Shown here in pieces: positions 10,174-20,316 of a DNA stretch of 64,000 nucleotides. The notes below the pieces were generated by a model that saw only the letters and a program-made list of their open reading frames with translations, was not told where the DNA came from and searched no databases. The translations under genes were made by a program, and so were the position numbers. The stretch covers positions 2,624,001 to 2,688,000 of the forward strand of contig OZ243974.1 in NCBI GenBank assembly GCA_965214775.1, in the 5' to 3' direction. Each line of letters begins with the position of its first letter. Positions within the stretch are counted from its first letter, which is position 1. The stretch is from Nitrosopumilus sp. Its GTDB lineage: Archaea; Thermoproteota; Nitrososphaeria; Nitrososphaerales; Nitrosopumilaceae.

Positions 10174-10619
10174 CCTGGTGGCTTCTGCTGTCTTGCCGGT
10201 TCTGGTCCTGCCCAGCATTCTGAGGTCCCTATAGTGCTTGTCAGGCACAAACGACTCTGGCAGCATGTCTGCTCTGAGCAGGTCGGCAAGTATATTTGCA
10301 TCCACGCGGTCGTCCTTTATCTTGGCGTGCGCTATCACCTTGACCTTTGCCGGATGCACCAGCACGGTGTCTATCCCGCAGTCCTCAAGCGTGTCATGTA
10401 CGATAATCCAGTAGTTGGCAGTGGATTCGCATACTGCCCTGATTGGCAGCTGTCCCGGATATGCCTTTTTGAGGTTTGTTGCAAAATTCGTTGTTGCCAA
10501 AACGCTGTTCTCAAACTTGGATCGCTCAAGCAGCTTGCCCGAGTCGTCCTTTACTGCTGCAACGCATGTCTTTTTGTGTACATCTATTCCTGCGTTGATC
10601 ATGTTATCACCTCCTTTTT

Positions 10620-10790
10620 GATCAAAATGCCTGATCCAGGCGGAATCTCCCATTCACCGTCTTCTGCGCGGTATATTGCTTTCCGCCTGCTGTTGCGAGT
10701 CAGTCTACTGAACACCCTTGTACATGGTAAGTTCCAATCGACTCTCAGGCCCAACAGTAATAGTATATCACAGGATACGGATAAGATTTC
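10620..10790 (-). ncRNA. Putative IS110 bridge RNA (element A)
   Basis: Two stem-loops (GAGTC/GACTC; GGCGGAA/TTCCGCC) with internal loops containing CAGTAGAC (= left junction) and ATGGGAGAT (= right end). Transcript ends are estimates. Confidence 0.8.
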
Positions 10791-10805
10791 ATATAGCGTC
10801 TACTG

Positions 10806-10853
10806 GGAAAACCCTGCGGAATTTTTAATCACGGTCGATTACACATAAAGTCT
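10806..10853 (+). mobile_element. Solo right end of the IS5 family seen at 17680
   Basis: GGAATTTTTAATCACGGTCGATTACACATAAAGTCT matches 19221-19256. Confidence 0.85.
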
Positions 10854-10864
10854 AATAAATAATG

Positions 10865-11143
10865 TCATGGCTCAGATATGATAGCCCATGCCAGATCACG
10901 TCCAAACTTGATTGTCACTATGTCGCCAACATCCTTTGTGCAATCTTTAATGGTTTTAGGAACGTCGTCTCTAGTCTCAACATAGCATATCCCGTCTTGA
11001 TTTGCCAAGATTACGGTTTCCTCGAAGACATCCTCGCGGATAAGATTCCAAAACGGAAAGACGGCAGTTGAAATCACGATTCCTGCTGCAAGCAGCAGTC
11101 CGCCAAATATCAGGCCCCCTTTTTGGCCGGATGTCAATTCCAT
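10865..11143 (-). CDS. Small membrane-anchored hypothetical protein
   Basis: N-terminal TM helix; follows the C2H2 gene on the same strand. Confidence 0.7.
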   Translation of the reverse strand: MELTSGQKGGLIFGGLLLAAGIVISTAVFPFWNLIREDVFEETVILANQDGICYVETRDDVPKTIKDCTKDVGDIVTIKFGRDLAWAIISEP

Positions 11144-11145
11144 GC

Positions 11146-11310
11146 CTACCATGTCCCCCCGTCGCCGGCATTAGGATCAAGCTTCTTTGCAGGAACGTTG
11201 CCGTGGGCTTTTTTCATATGGCGTTTCAGTCTCTCAGGATCATGCAGTTCGGTCCCACACGTGTCGCATCTGGTCTGATTTTCTTTGTCTTTGCGTTTGA
11301 ACAGGCCCAT
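11146..11310 (-). CDS. 54-aa C2H2 zinc-finger protein (below ORF-track cutoff)
   Basis: MGLFKRKDKENQTRCDTCGTELHDPERLKRHMKKAHGNVPAKKLDPNAGDGGTW. Confidence 0.8.
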   Translation of the reverse strand: MGLFKRKDKENQTRCDTCGTELHDPERLKRHMKKAHGNVPAKKLDPNAGDGGTW

Positions 11311-11566
11311 ATCTTGCTAAAAATTCGTGCATTATATGAAAATTATGTCGCAGTAATAGCAACAGTAGCAGCATTGCAGGCTGTGGCAATGTCCTCTTCC
11401 ATCCATCATGGGTCACTTTTTTGGATCACCTCTTTGCCCTCTGCGGGAGCTCTCCTGTCTGTACTTTTCCCTGCAGAGGCGGCAATAGCCCGCGTTCTTT
11501 CTGCTGTTGCCCATTATGATATTCAGGATCGACTGATCAGAATCGTTTTGGGTGACATGCGCCCAT

Positions 11567-11678
11567 GATCTCCCATATGAAATCGTACCCAATCCTACCG
11601 TGGATCCTTGCCAGCTCGATGTTCCGAATCAGGACGATGTTGCTATGCGATGCATCCTCTTATACTTTCTCTGCGTGA
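11567..11678 (-). mobile_element. Solo right end of IS110 element A
   Basis: Near-identical to 9342-9453. Confidence 0.9.
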
Positions 11679-11679
11679 T

Positions 11680-12922
11680 AGTTTGTTGCATAACCCTTCC
11701 TAAAATTTGAAATCTGACTGAAAATCACCAAAATGATCAACTAATCCTTACCGAAAAAGTAATGGATCATGAGGATGCAACATACGGTACAAGTTGATAC
11801 ATACGGACAATGCAAAGTACGTAAAGAAGTGGGGCAGGCCCGATCGTCAAGTACGACCAAGGTTGAGAGAAGGATTTCAAGGTTGCCAACCGCCACAAGG
11901 AGGGTTCCCCGTTCCTGTATGCAGACGGCTTGATAATGGCTGGCGTTGTCCTCAGGATCGCATTCATGATTCCATACAGGCAGCTGTCAAGCATGCTCGG
12001 GGAGATGCCACGGGGCACGGATTCGCCGTGCCACACCACGATATACGGAAGGATGTAGAAGCTTGACGTCGACATTGCAGAGAACATAATTACGGTGCGC
12101 GACAAGTCCGGCGACATGGTCATGATAGATGACGCCACGGGCCTCAAGCAGCACGACTGGGGCGAGTGAATACGCAAGAAATGGAAGGCAAGGCGCGGAT
12201 TCGTCAAGATGCACCTGATGGTCGACGCAGACACCAAGCAGGTGCTGGCAGTATCTGTCACAGATGAGACAGTCGGCGACAACACTGAGCTGCCTGCACT
12301 GCCTGGGGAGGCGGCCGGGAACATCAGAGAAGAGGAAGAGGAGGGCTGCTCCGATAGTGCAGATGCAGTCAAGATCCCCAACATGTTTGCAGCCGGGATC
12401 TCGCCGCTTATCCTGCTCGGCACCGGCGAGGACCAGAGTACGCCTGGCAAGATCCCACTTGCAGGCGGCGGATACTGTTCAAGGAAGAACGTAGCCGAGT
12501 GCCACAAGCGCGGTACAAGGCCATTCATACGGCTTTTGACAAGCTGCACTGCAAGGGACATGGGCGCCGGCGACAAGTAGGGCATGCTTGTCAAAAGCCA
12601 TCTCGGGGGAGGCCCAGAGGAGGCTGTGGGCGATCTATCAAAGGAGGAGAGGCAGGAGAACCTGCGGTACTGGAAGAGCACGGCTGGCTATGGTGCAAGG
12701 TGGATAGTCGAGATCGTGGTATCTGCCATAAAGCGGATGTTCGGCGAGGACGTAAAGGCCCTCAAGTGGTCCAATATAGTGCAGGAGACAAAGTTGAGGA
12801 TATGGCTGTACAACAAGTGGATCACAGAGGAGGAGGAGGAGGAGGCAGCTGCCATGTAGGAACCTAGCGCCGGTGGGGATCCTGGAGGATTGACAGCTCT
12901 AGTCGGAGTTATGCAACAAACT
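11680..12922 (+). mobile_element. IS5 family (IS903-like) element, transposase pseudogene
   Basis: TIR AGTTTGTTGCATAAC; IDDATGLK...GE*IRKKW...KMHLMVD...GYGARWIVEIVVSAIKRMFG with stops and frameshifts. Confidence 0.85.
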
Positions 12923-12967
12923 GCCCTTCACGATGACATTATATGGGATGTCAGGAATTTTGAAAAC

Positions 12968-14107
12968 ATGTCTATCCGGAACATCACTGTTTTGGGCTCG
13001 GGGGTAATGGGCCATGGGATTGCCCAGGTCTCTGCAACTGCAGGCTACAACGTGATCCTTCGGGACGTCGAGCAAGGATTTCTGGATAAGGCAATGGAAA
13101 AGATCAGATGGAGTTTGGACAAACTGGCCGCAAAAGAAAAAATTTCCAAGGAAGAAGGAGATGCGATTTTTGGAAGAATCACGCCGGTAGTAGATCTAAA
13201 CGAGGCAGTAAGAGATGCAGAGTTGGTTATCGAGGCAGTTCCAGAAATCATGGATTTGAAGAAAAAAGTTTATGCAGAATTGGACAAGGCAGCAGATTCC
13301 AAAGCAGTCTTTGCGTCAAACACAAGCACGCTGCCAATTACAGAAATTGCAAACACAACATCGCGCCCCGAAAGATTTATCGGGATTCATTTCTTTAATC
13401 CGCCGCAATTAATGAAGCTAGTAGAAGTAATCCCCGGAGAAAAGACAGATCCCCAAATCACAGAACTGACCCAAGAGTACGTCAGATCAGTTGACAAGCA
13501 GGCCGTGGTCTGCAGGAAAGATGTTCCAGGATTCATCATAAACAGACTCTTCATACCGATGGTTCACGAAGCATGCTTTGTCAAGGAGAGGACGGGGGCA
13601 ACGCTGGAAGAGATAGATTCGGCCGTAAAGTTCAAACTGGGATTTCCAATGGGGATTTTTGAACTGGCTGACTTTACCGGAATGGATGTGATTCACAAGG
13701 CGACAGTAGAAATGCACCTCAGAGACAAAAAAGCAGTCAACCCGCATCCGCTTGTTGAAAAGATGTTTGACGAAAAGAAACTGGGGCAAAAGTCAGGCGA
13801 GGGGTACTACAGATACTCAGACGACAAATACGAGAGAGTGGCACTGTCTGAAGGACTGGCAGAAGGATGCAATCCGGCCCAGCTGGTTGCAAGCATCGCT
13901 AACAACGCTGCATGGCTCGTAAGCAATGGCGCCAGCGATATTGACGAGATAGAAAAGGCTGCACGGCTGGGATTGGGACTGAAAAAACCGCTGTTTCAGA
14001 CGGCAAAAGAGATTGGGATTAGAAATATCATAGACGAGCTAAACAGACTTGCCGCAGAACACGGCGAATTTTACAAACCAGATCCCCTGCTAGAATCATT
14101 GCAGTAG
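12968..14107 (+). CDS. 3-hydroxyacyl-CoA (3-hydroxybutyryl-CoA) dehydrogenase
   Basis: GSGVMGHG, IEAVPE, ASNTS, GIHFFNP, PGFIINRL, GFPMG motifs. Confidence 0.93.
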   Translation: MSIRNITVLGSGVMGHGIAQVSATAGYNVILRDVEQGFLDKAMEKIRWSLDKLAAKEKISKEEGDAIFGRITPVVDLNEAVRDAELVIEAVPEIMDLKKKVYAELDKAADSKAVFASNTSTLPITEIANTTSRPERFIGIHFFNPPQLMKLVEVIPGEKTDPQITELTQEYVRSVDKQAVVCRKDVPGFIINRLFIPMVHEACFVKERTGATLEEIDSAVKFKLGFPMGIFELADFTGMDVIHKATVEMHLRDKKAVNPHPLVEKMFDEKKLGQKSGEGYYRYSDDKYERVALSEGLAEGCNPAQLVASIANNAAWLVSNGASDIDEIEKAARLGLGLKKPLFQTAKEIGIRNIIDELNRLAAEHGEFYKPDPLLESLQ

Positions 14108-14277
14108 ATATCCATTCACAGTCAACCTGCTTGATTCGTACATTGCCCTTCTTTGTATTAAGATAGCACCCAGCAAAAACAGTCAATTCTTCTCCAATTC
14201 CAAATTGCAGAGAACTTTTTTCTTCCACCACATGCAGGATTTTTTGTTCGAATCTGCCGTCTTGAAGAATTTGAATG

Positions 14278-14469
14278 TAGTCAATGCATAAAAAAATGGA
14301 TAATCTTGACAACTATTTTTGATCCAAACATTAAGATCAGGCAAGGAATACGCATATGCATGGGCAGACAGAGAAAGGAATTCGTAGCATCAGGAAGCAA
14401 ATTCCTGCCAAATACGTCACGCTCCTACCTGCACAAGGCATACAAAAAGGAGACAGACAAGAAAAAAAG
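14278..14469 (+). mobile_element. Left end and first codons of an IS630-like element, cut by IS66
   Basis: MGRQRKEF...YLHKAYKKETDKK; similar inverted copy at 36178-36290. Confidence 0.6.
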
Positions 14470-16572
14470 GTACAACTTCAGGTCCTTTTTATACTGACTA
14501 GGAAACTTTTTGCCCGGAACTTTTTGATCCTTCCACATATGCTGTGACAGACCCGCTACATCATCACCACACGTCCCTTGTATATGCAAGACCGGCAGCG
14601 CGCAGACAACAGATTATTGGCAGACGGCACCTGCAGGAAACCAGCATTGTCGGATTTGCCAGGCGTTGTTGACTGGCAGACTTGCCTACACAGTCGGATT
14701 CTTTGATATGAAGCTACGGGTTACGCCGTCCCGTAGGCGCCAGACGGATCATGTTGTTATGGGAGCTGCTACTGGTACGACGGCCGTCCGATCCCGGCGT
14801 ACCGCTCCTCCTTCACTGCCTGCGTCATCATCGACTACAGGCGGCCACACCGGCGGCGGCCCGGGACACTCAAAGACGCTGTATCTTGTACCGTCCGTAT
14901 TGACAAGCGAGGACAGCAGGCGCGCATCATCATCATCTCTTGCTTCTGCAAAGACATCCCAGCCCGGATTCCGCAGGTATTTCAAGAGTCCGCCGGCAGG
15001 ATGTATGTTTTGCTTGCGACATGTCATCGAAAATGTCAGCAGTGCAGAAGCCGTCTTTCTTCCACCGTCAGTTACAATCTTGTGGCGTGCATTGCGTTGT
15101 GGTATGATCCCGTCGCGTATGCACCGCTCCGTATCGTTGTTGTGCAGCGGCATTCCCCGATGCGCCAGACACGTAAACATGTCATGTATGGCGTTTAGCA
15201 GGTGTGTACGCACGTGAACGTCCTCATACGGGTTGATTATTTTGTATACTTCCCTGGAAAGCTCCATGCATGTAAGCGGCGCAAGCGTCTTGATTTTATC
15301 TATCTTCCTGTAGAATTCCAGCAGCAAGTCATACCTTTTCTCATTATCGCCTTCGGGCATCTTTACTGCAAGCTTTTCTGCATATGCCAGAAGGTGCCTC
15401 CAGCACCTCTGGATTGTCACAAAGAACAGCTTGTACTGGGCCAGCCCGTCTACGACTATGGGAGTCTTGGGATCCAGCCATCCAAAGTGCGTGTGCAGTA
15501 CCTCGGAGGACCGGGAATCTGCAAAGACCACAAAACACGCCCCCTCGCAGTTGAGCACCCAGACGTATCCCATGTGTCCGTCGCCGCGCTTAAAGCCGGT
15601 CTCGTCCATCTGTATCCACGGCCTGCCCGCAATGAATGACTGTATGCGTTGTATCATGTTTTGTTGAATCGCCTCTGCCACTGCGTGCCGGGCGGCAGTC
15701 ACGGTATTTGGGGCCATCTTGAATCCAAACATATACTGAAAGTACTCTGCAATGTCCTCGTCTGTGTTTCCCTTCTCAAAGAACATCATGATTAGAGAGA
15801 GTGAGACGGGCCCAAGTGACGTGCCGCTTAGAAACGGGGTGGCTGCGATATGCACGGTATTGCACTGTGGACACACCGCGTTTTGGATGATGGCATTGGC
15901 AGTGAGCATGCGCATGGAGTCGTCCAGGTCGTTTACAAGCTTGTGGATCGGCTTGAGCATCCGTAACTGGATGTTGCACTTTGGGCATATTTTGGAGCCA
16001 AGATCGTACCTTAATGTCATTGATGGCCGGTTGCCGTGCGATGTACCATGGTGTCCGCACGGAGGGCCGCGTTTCTTGCCCCGAGCAGCATCGCCGGGAC
16101 TGCCGCCGGGATCCTCGCCCCTTTTCTCCCTGAACTTTCTTCTGGCATCATTGTATAATGACGGCGTGGACGTGGGCATGTTGGGACTCTCATACAGGGC
16201 AAGCCTTGCCTGAAGCTCGGAGTTCTCCTTCTTGACATCAGCATTCTCCTTCTTGACAATAGAGAGTTCTTTTTCCAGCCCGGAGATCTTCTCATCCTGC
16301 TCCATGATCATGACAAGTGCCTTTCCAGGATCCGTACAGTGTGCAAGCACGGCTTTGGAGTCCATATGTTACATCAGACAGGCAAGATCAAAAAAGATTT
16401 CCATCGAAATTCTTTGACCAAGATGCCGATATTATGTCACTCCCGTAAATTCCAAACCTGCAATATCTGATCACAAATGTCTGATGTTCAGCCATGTTCG
16501 GAGGGGCATCTGATCATAAGATGCTGCCCAAAAATGTTTGACTGTCAGTATAAAAAGGACCTGAAGTTGTAC
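14470..16572 (-). mobile_element. IS66 family single-ORF element; transposase 14749-16365 intact
   Basis: 29-bp TIR GTACAACTTCAGGTCCTTTTTATACTGAC; coiled coil, CPKC/CPQC finger, QMDETG, VDG, QRCWRHL, HNNDTERCIR. Confidence 0.92.
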
Positions 16573-16970
16573 TAATCTTGGAACGTTGGGAGGCGTGTTT
16601 TTCTTGCAGCTCTGGCAGAACGGCCTCTTTTTTACGTATTTTGCCTATATTTTGAGATATTTTACGCAGATTCGTTCACAGATGGTTCAGAATTCGCTAA
16701 TTTTGGGGTCAACTCTCTGATCTGAAATACAATTGTAATGCAATACAGCCCACGGCCGCGTTACCCGTCTTGGGGTCACCAGCCAAATAACTTTCTGACA
16801 AAGTCCACAAGCATCCGAGTCCACGATCCTCAGGCACTGCGGACTCTGCTGCCCTTGTACACGTCATGTGATGCCGTCAGCTTTGCATGTATAGTCAGCC
16901 CGCCGTCGGAATATTTTGATCCGGTCGATTACGCATAAGGTCTAGTGTAAAAAAAGAAAGAGATTACAAA

Positions 16971-17555
16971 TCATTCATCAGATAGTTGGGTAAGTTTTTC
17001 TCTTAAATCAGCCTTATCCATAGTTCTTGATTCAAGTATATTTTTTGCCTCTTCACCCTCTAACAGGTATGTCGACTTTGTGACAGATACAGGATGGTAA
17101 GAATCACCCCAGATAGATCCCTCATCTTTACCAAGCAACATAACTACGTTATCTCCTTGTTGTAAGGTAATAGATTCTGTATATGCAGTTATCCCATCTA
17201 AAGTACCACCGTTCATCAACACATTAATAGATTGGTCAACTTTAGCGTCTCCTTTTATGACATGACTTATCTTGATTGCATACTTTGTCTGAATATATGG
17301 ATATTCATCACCAGAGTCTATCTTCCAAAAGGGAGATACTTCTTGTACTGTTCCTTCAATAATTAACAGAGCTCTATCGATTTCAATCTGTTCAGAAATA
17401 TCCTCTTCAATAGAGGACATGCCGATTGTTATTCCGGGATTGTTTGTAGCAAACTCTTTTCCAATTTTATCAGCATCTGGTGTTAATGTAATAAAAGCAA
17501 GTATTGGTATGATTACGGTAATTGCAATTATTGGGAATATTATTTTCTTGTTCAT
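16971..17555 (-). CDS. Membrane-anchored exported protein, possibly NTR/TIMP-like OB fold
   Basis: N-terminal TM; IIEGTV...TKYAIKISHVIKG...INV..NGG...LQQGDNVVMLL pattern. Fold is inferred. Confidence 0.6.
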   Translation of the reverse strand: MNKKIIFPIIAITVIIPILAFITLTPDADKIGKEFATNNPGITIGMSSIEEDISEQIEIDRALLIIEGTVQEVSPFWKIDSGDEYPYIQTKYAIKISHVIKGDAKVDQSINVLMNGGTLDGITAYTESITLQQGDNVVMLLGKDEGSIWGDSYHPVSVTKSTYLLEGEEAKNILESRTMDKADLREKLTQLSDE

Positions 17556-17556
17556 A

Positions 17557-19721
17557 TCAATACATACCCCTTATTGTTGCCTTGTCATGACTGTTCAATG
17601 TTCTATCCACATAATTTGTTCCAATATATGCATTCATTGGAGAACCATATGTTGATGTATGGCCATGAATTCCAGCAATAGACTTTATGCGTAATCGGCC
17701 CATCTGATCTAAAAATACGACACAATAGATCATTATTTGCACACCAACAACCCTAAAGATCTGTATGATTCCCTAACTGTATGGGCTCAAATGACAAGAC
17801 TCTCCAAGCATTTCAAGCGTTACAAGCGCAACACGAGATGCTAGTCGAGCAACACGAGATGCTAGTCGAGCAACACGAGATGCTAGTCGAGCAACACGAG
17901 CAGGTATCCAAGCAAAACAAACAGATGTCCAAGCAAAACGAGCGTATGAGGAAGCAGCTTGCGTTTGAGGACTCGTTGTGGCAGTCCGAAGAAAACAAGA
18001 CAAAAAGAGTCGTGCGCGGCGGGACGCCTCTGCGGATGCACGCAATCGAGGTTGCAGACGGCATAATCGGCGATCCGGTGCGCCTTCGCAACGTCACGGG
18101 ATGCACAAAGGAGTCATTTACGATCATACTGGAGCGCTTTACGGAAGAAGTCATGGACGACGAGGACAGACCCCTGTTCTGGGAGGACGACGTAAGAGGC
18201 GGCGATGCCGGAAACCGGTGCAAGCTGTACATCAGGCACGCGCTGCTTGCAGTACTCATGAGCATAAGGACCAAGGCAACGCAGCATCATCTGGCCGCAA
18301 CGTTTGACGTCGACCAGTCCACAATGTCCAGGTACCTCCGGTACGGTGCCGTGTTACTGCGCCGGCTCCTGCCTGCCTCCGAAAAGCTAACAAGCATCAT
18401 CTGCAAGACCCCGGCAGGCAAGCTGGAGGAGGTGCTGATCCCAAAAAAGACGCTCCTGATTGACGGTACCCTGACTCCGGTAGACAGGCCCGGGGACAGG
18501 ACCGCAAGAAAGACCAGATATTCGGGAAGAAAAAAGCGGCACATGTTCAACACGATAATTACCTCGAACCTGGACGGCCTCATACTGCACTGCGGCAAGA
18601 CTGTGGACGGAAGCGTCAACGACAAGGGCGTGATGAACGCAGGGGGCGGCCCGGACTTTGGAAGGCACACCGGATCAATGAGGAATGCAAAAAACGCAGA
18701 CGATCCGGAAGAGGCGTTTGTGATTTACAGCGACCTGGGATTTGAGGGCATTCAAAAGATGCTTCCGGGCGCCATACACAGGCAGCCCCCAAAGAAGCCC
18801 AGGGACGGGGATCTTACTGCAACGCAAAAGAGGCGCCGCAAGCAGATAAGCAGGGTCCGCGTCAGGGTGGAGCACCACATAGGGCGGCTCAAAAGATATG
18901 GCATTCTTACCATGCCGTTTGGCGGAACTGCCAAGGATCTAAACTATTTCATGCAGATAATCACGGGTCTTGAGAACCTCAAGACGATGTTGAAAAGGAA
19001 AAAACACTATGGCCAGCTGCTGCAGCAGCTGCATCTGCTGCCAGACACATGACATACGGCGGTACGGACCGCCATTCTTTCTGACTTGTCAACGGGGCAC
19101 ATTGCCGTGCTGCATGGTTGCGCACGTTCTTTTGGTGCAACTGGCTTTTACGTGCGTCATGACACGAGATGCATGCGGTAATTTGATCCGATCAGCGCAT
19201 TTGCGTTTGGAAAAGCCTACGGAATTTTTAATCACGGTCGATTACGCATAAAGTCTAATATGACCTATTTCGTGAATAGATACTGTTTCATAATCATAAG
19301 ACCACCATCCTTGAGAGACATTAACATCACGAAAATCCTTATTGGAGTTAAACTCTAGTTTTGCATATGACATAGTACCACCATGAGCATACCAAGTAGT
19401 TACTGCCAAATCAGAAGAAAACCAACTAAATGATTTTGATTTAATATCTATATCTCCATTTGAATCATCACGTGTAAAATCCCACTAACTTCCTGAAACA
19501 CTATTCCATACATTAGCAGCATCTTCAAAATCTGTTGCAGGTGTAAAACTTTGATGTGAAATATTGTTCAAAGAGGAATGTATATCAAATGTCATATCTG
19601 TTTGCCAAGTAGATGTATTTGGGTGATCTGCAAACACATCACCAATACTAAATGCCAAAATTATTGTAGTAATCAAAGAAGCAAATAGGATTGTTTTCAT
19701 CGTTTTTGTAGTCATTGCCAC
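17557..19721 (-). pseudogene. Secreted matrixin-like (metzincin) zinc protease, split by IS5 and carrying an in-frame TAG
   Basis: Rejoined sequence ...YDYETVSIHEIGHI|AGIHGHTSTYGSPMNAY...LNSHDKATIRGMY; TAG at 19485-19487. Confidence 0.85.
17680..19256 (+). mobile_element. IS5 family (ISL2-like, DDE_Tnp_4) element; transposase 17781-19052
   Basis: TIR AGACTTTATGCGTAATCG; 3-bp TSD AAT; IDGT, YSGRKKRH, SDLGF, RVRVEHHIGRLK. Confidence 0.93.
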
Positions 19722-19752
19722 ATGGAGACCGCGATGCTATATAACCAACATG

Positions 19753-19790
19753 TTTCATTTGTGTTCATTTGTATTCATTTGTGTTCACTT
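19753..19790. repeat. 10-bp tandem repeat (TTCATTTGTG) x~4 upstream of matrixin promoter
   Basis: tttcatttgtgttcatttgtattcatttgtgttcactt; TATA-like TTATATA at 19738-19744 on the minus strand. Confidence 0.75.
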
Positions 19791-19832
19791 CAGCTAAGTG
19801 AAATGTGAACGGAATTTGTTGTTTTGTCTTGC

Positions 19833-19915
19833 TATAGCAACGGGCAGAAGTCTTTGAGTCAAGGTAGGTCATAACTACACGTAAAAAACCTCAATTATTT
19901 CTGCTTGTTGCTATA
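19833..19915. mobile_element. 83-bp IS630-derived MITE
   Basis: Near-identical to 301-383. Confidence 0.92.
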
Positions 19916-20042
19916 AAAGGCGTCCATCCGGATTTGCCAAATGGTCCGACAGTGCTACACCCGTTTTGTGCATCGCGTTTTTTTCCAAATCACAACAGCT
20001 CGGACTCTGAAAGTTCAGGAGTGAATCTTGCCGCCGAAGATG

Positions 20043-20171
20043 GGGGCTGTTTCCTAATTTGCTAGAATTCCTGAAAACCGTCAGTATGTCATATGATCAG
20101 GCGTGCAAAGTGATGAAGATTCAGAAAAACGTGCTGATTGAGCCAGATAAATAGAACTAGGCGACAGCCCT
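20043..20171. mobile_element. Diverged 130-bp GGGGTTGTC-type MITE
   Basis: GGGGCTGTTTCCTAATT...AACTAGGCGACAGCCC; internal similarity to 49272-49401. Confidence 0.8.
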
Positions 20172-20316
20172 CTTTCTCCCCCCTTCCCTTCCCCGAAGAT
20201 GTGTATTCACAGACGTAGTTTGTGCTCAAAACCGTAAATCACTTCAAGCTCGAGCTGTTATCTAAATCAGCAAGTTCCTGTTTTTTACCAGCATGACTTC
20301 CTCTTTCTTGCAACTG

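Larger units (their letters stand above)
9344..10802 (-). mobile_element. IS110 family element A; recombinase 9404-10602 split by a 111-bp MITE
   Basis: GIDVHK, CES, KDDRVDA (DEDD RuvC); PGIS...SEIADIRRF...SYAGLTPSRRDSA...KQG. Removing MITE plus one TSD gives a continuous 359-aa frame. Confidence 0.93.

Noticed and set aside
19485-19487. TAG as pyrrolysine or programmed read-through
   Set aside because: Gene is also IS-disrupted and no pyl genes are seen; ordinary decay is simpler.
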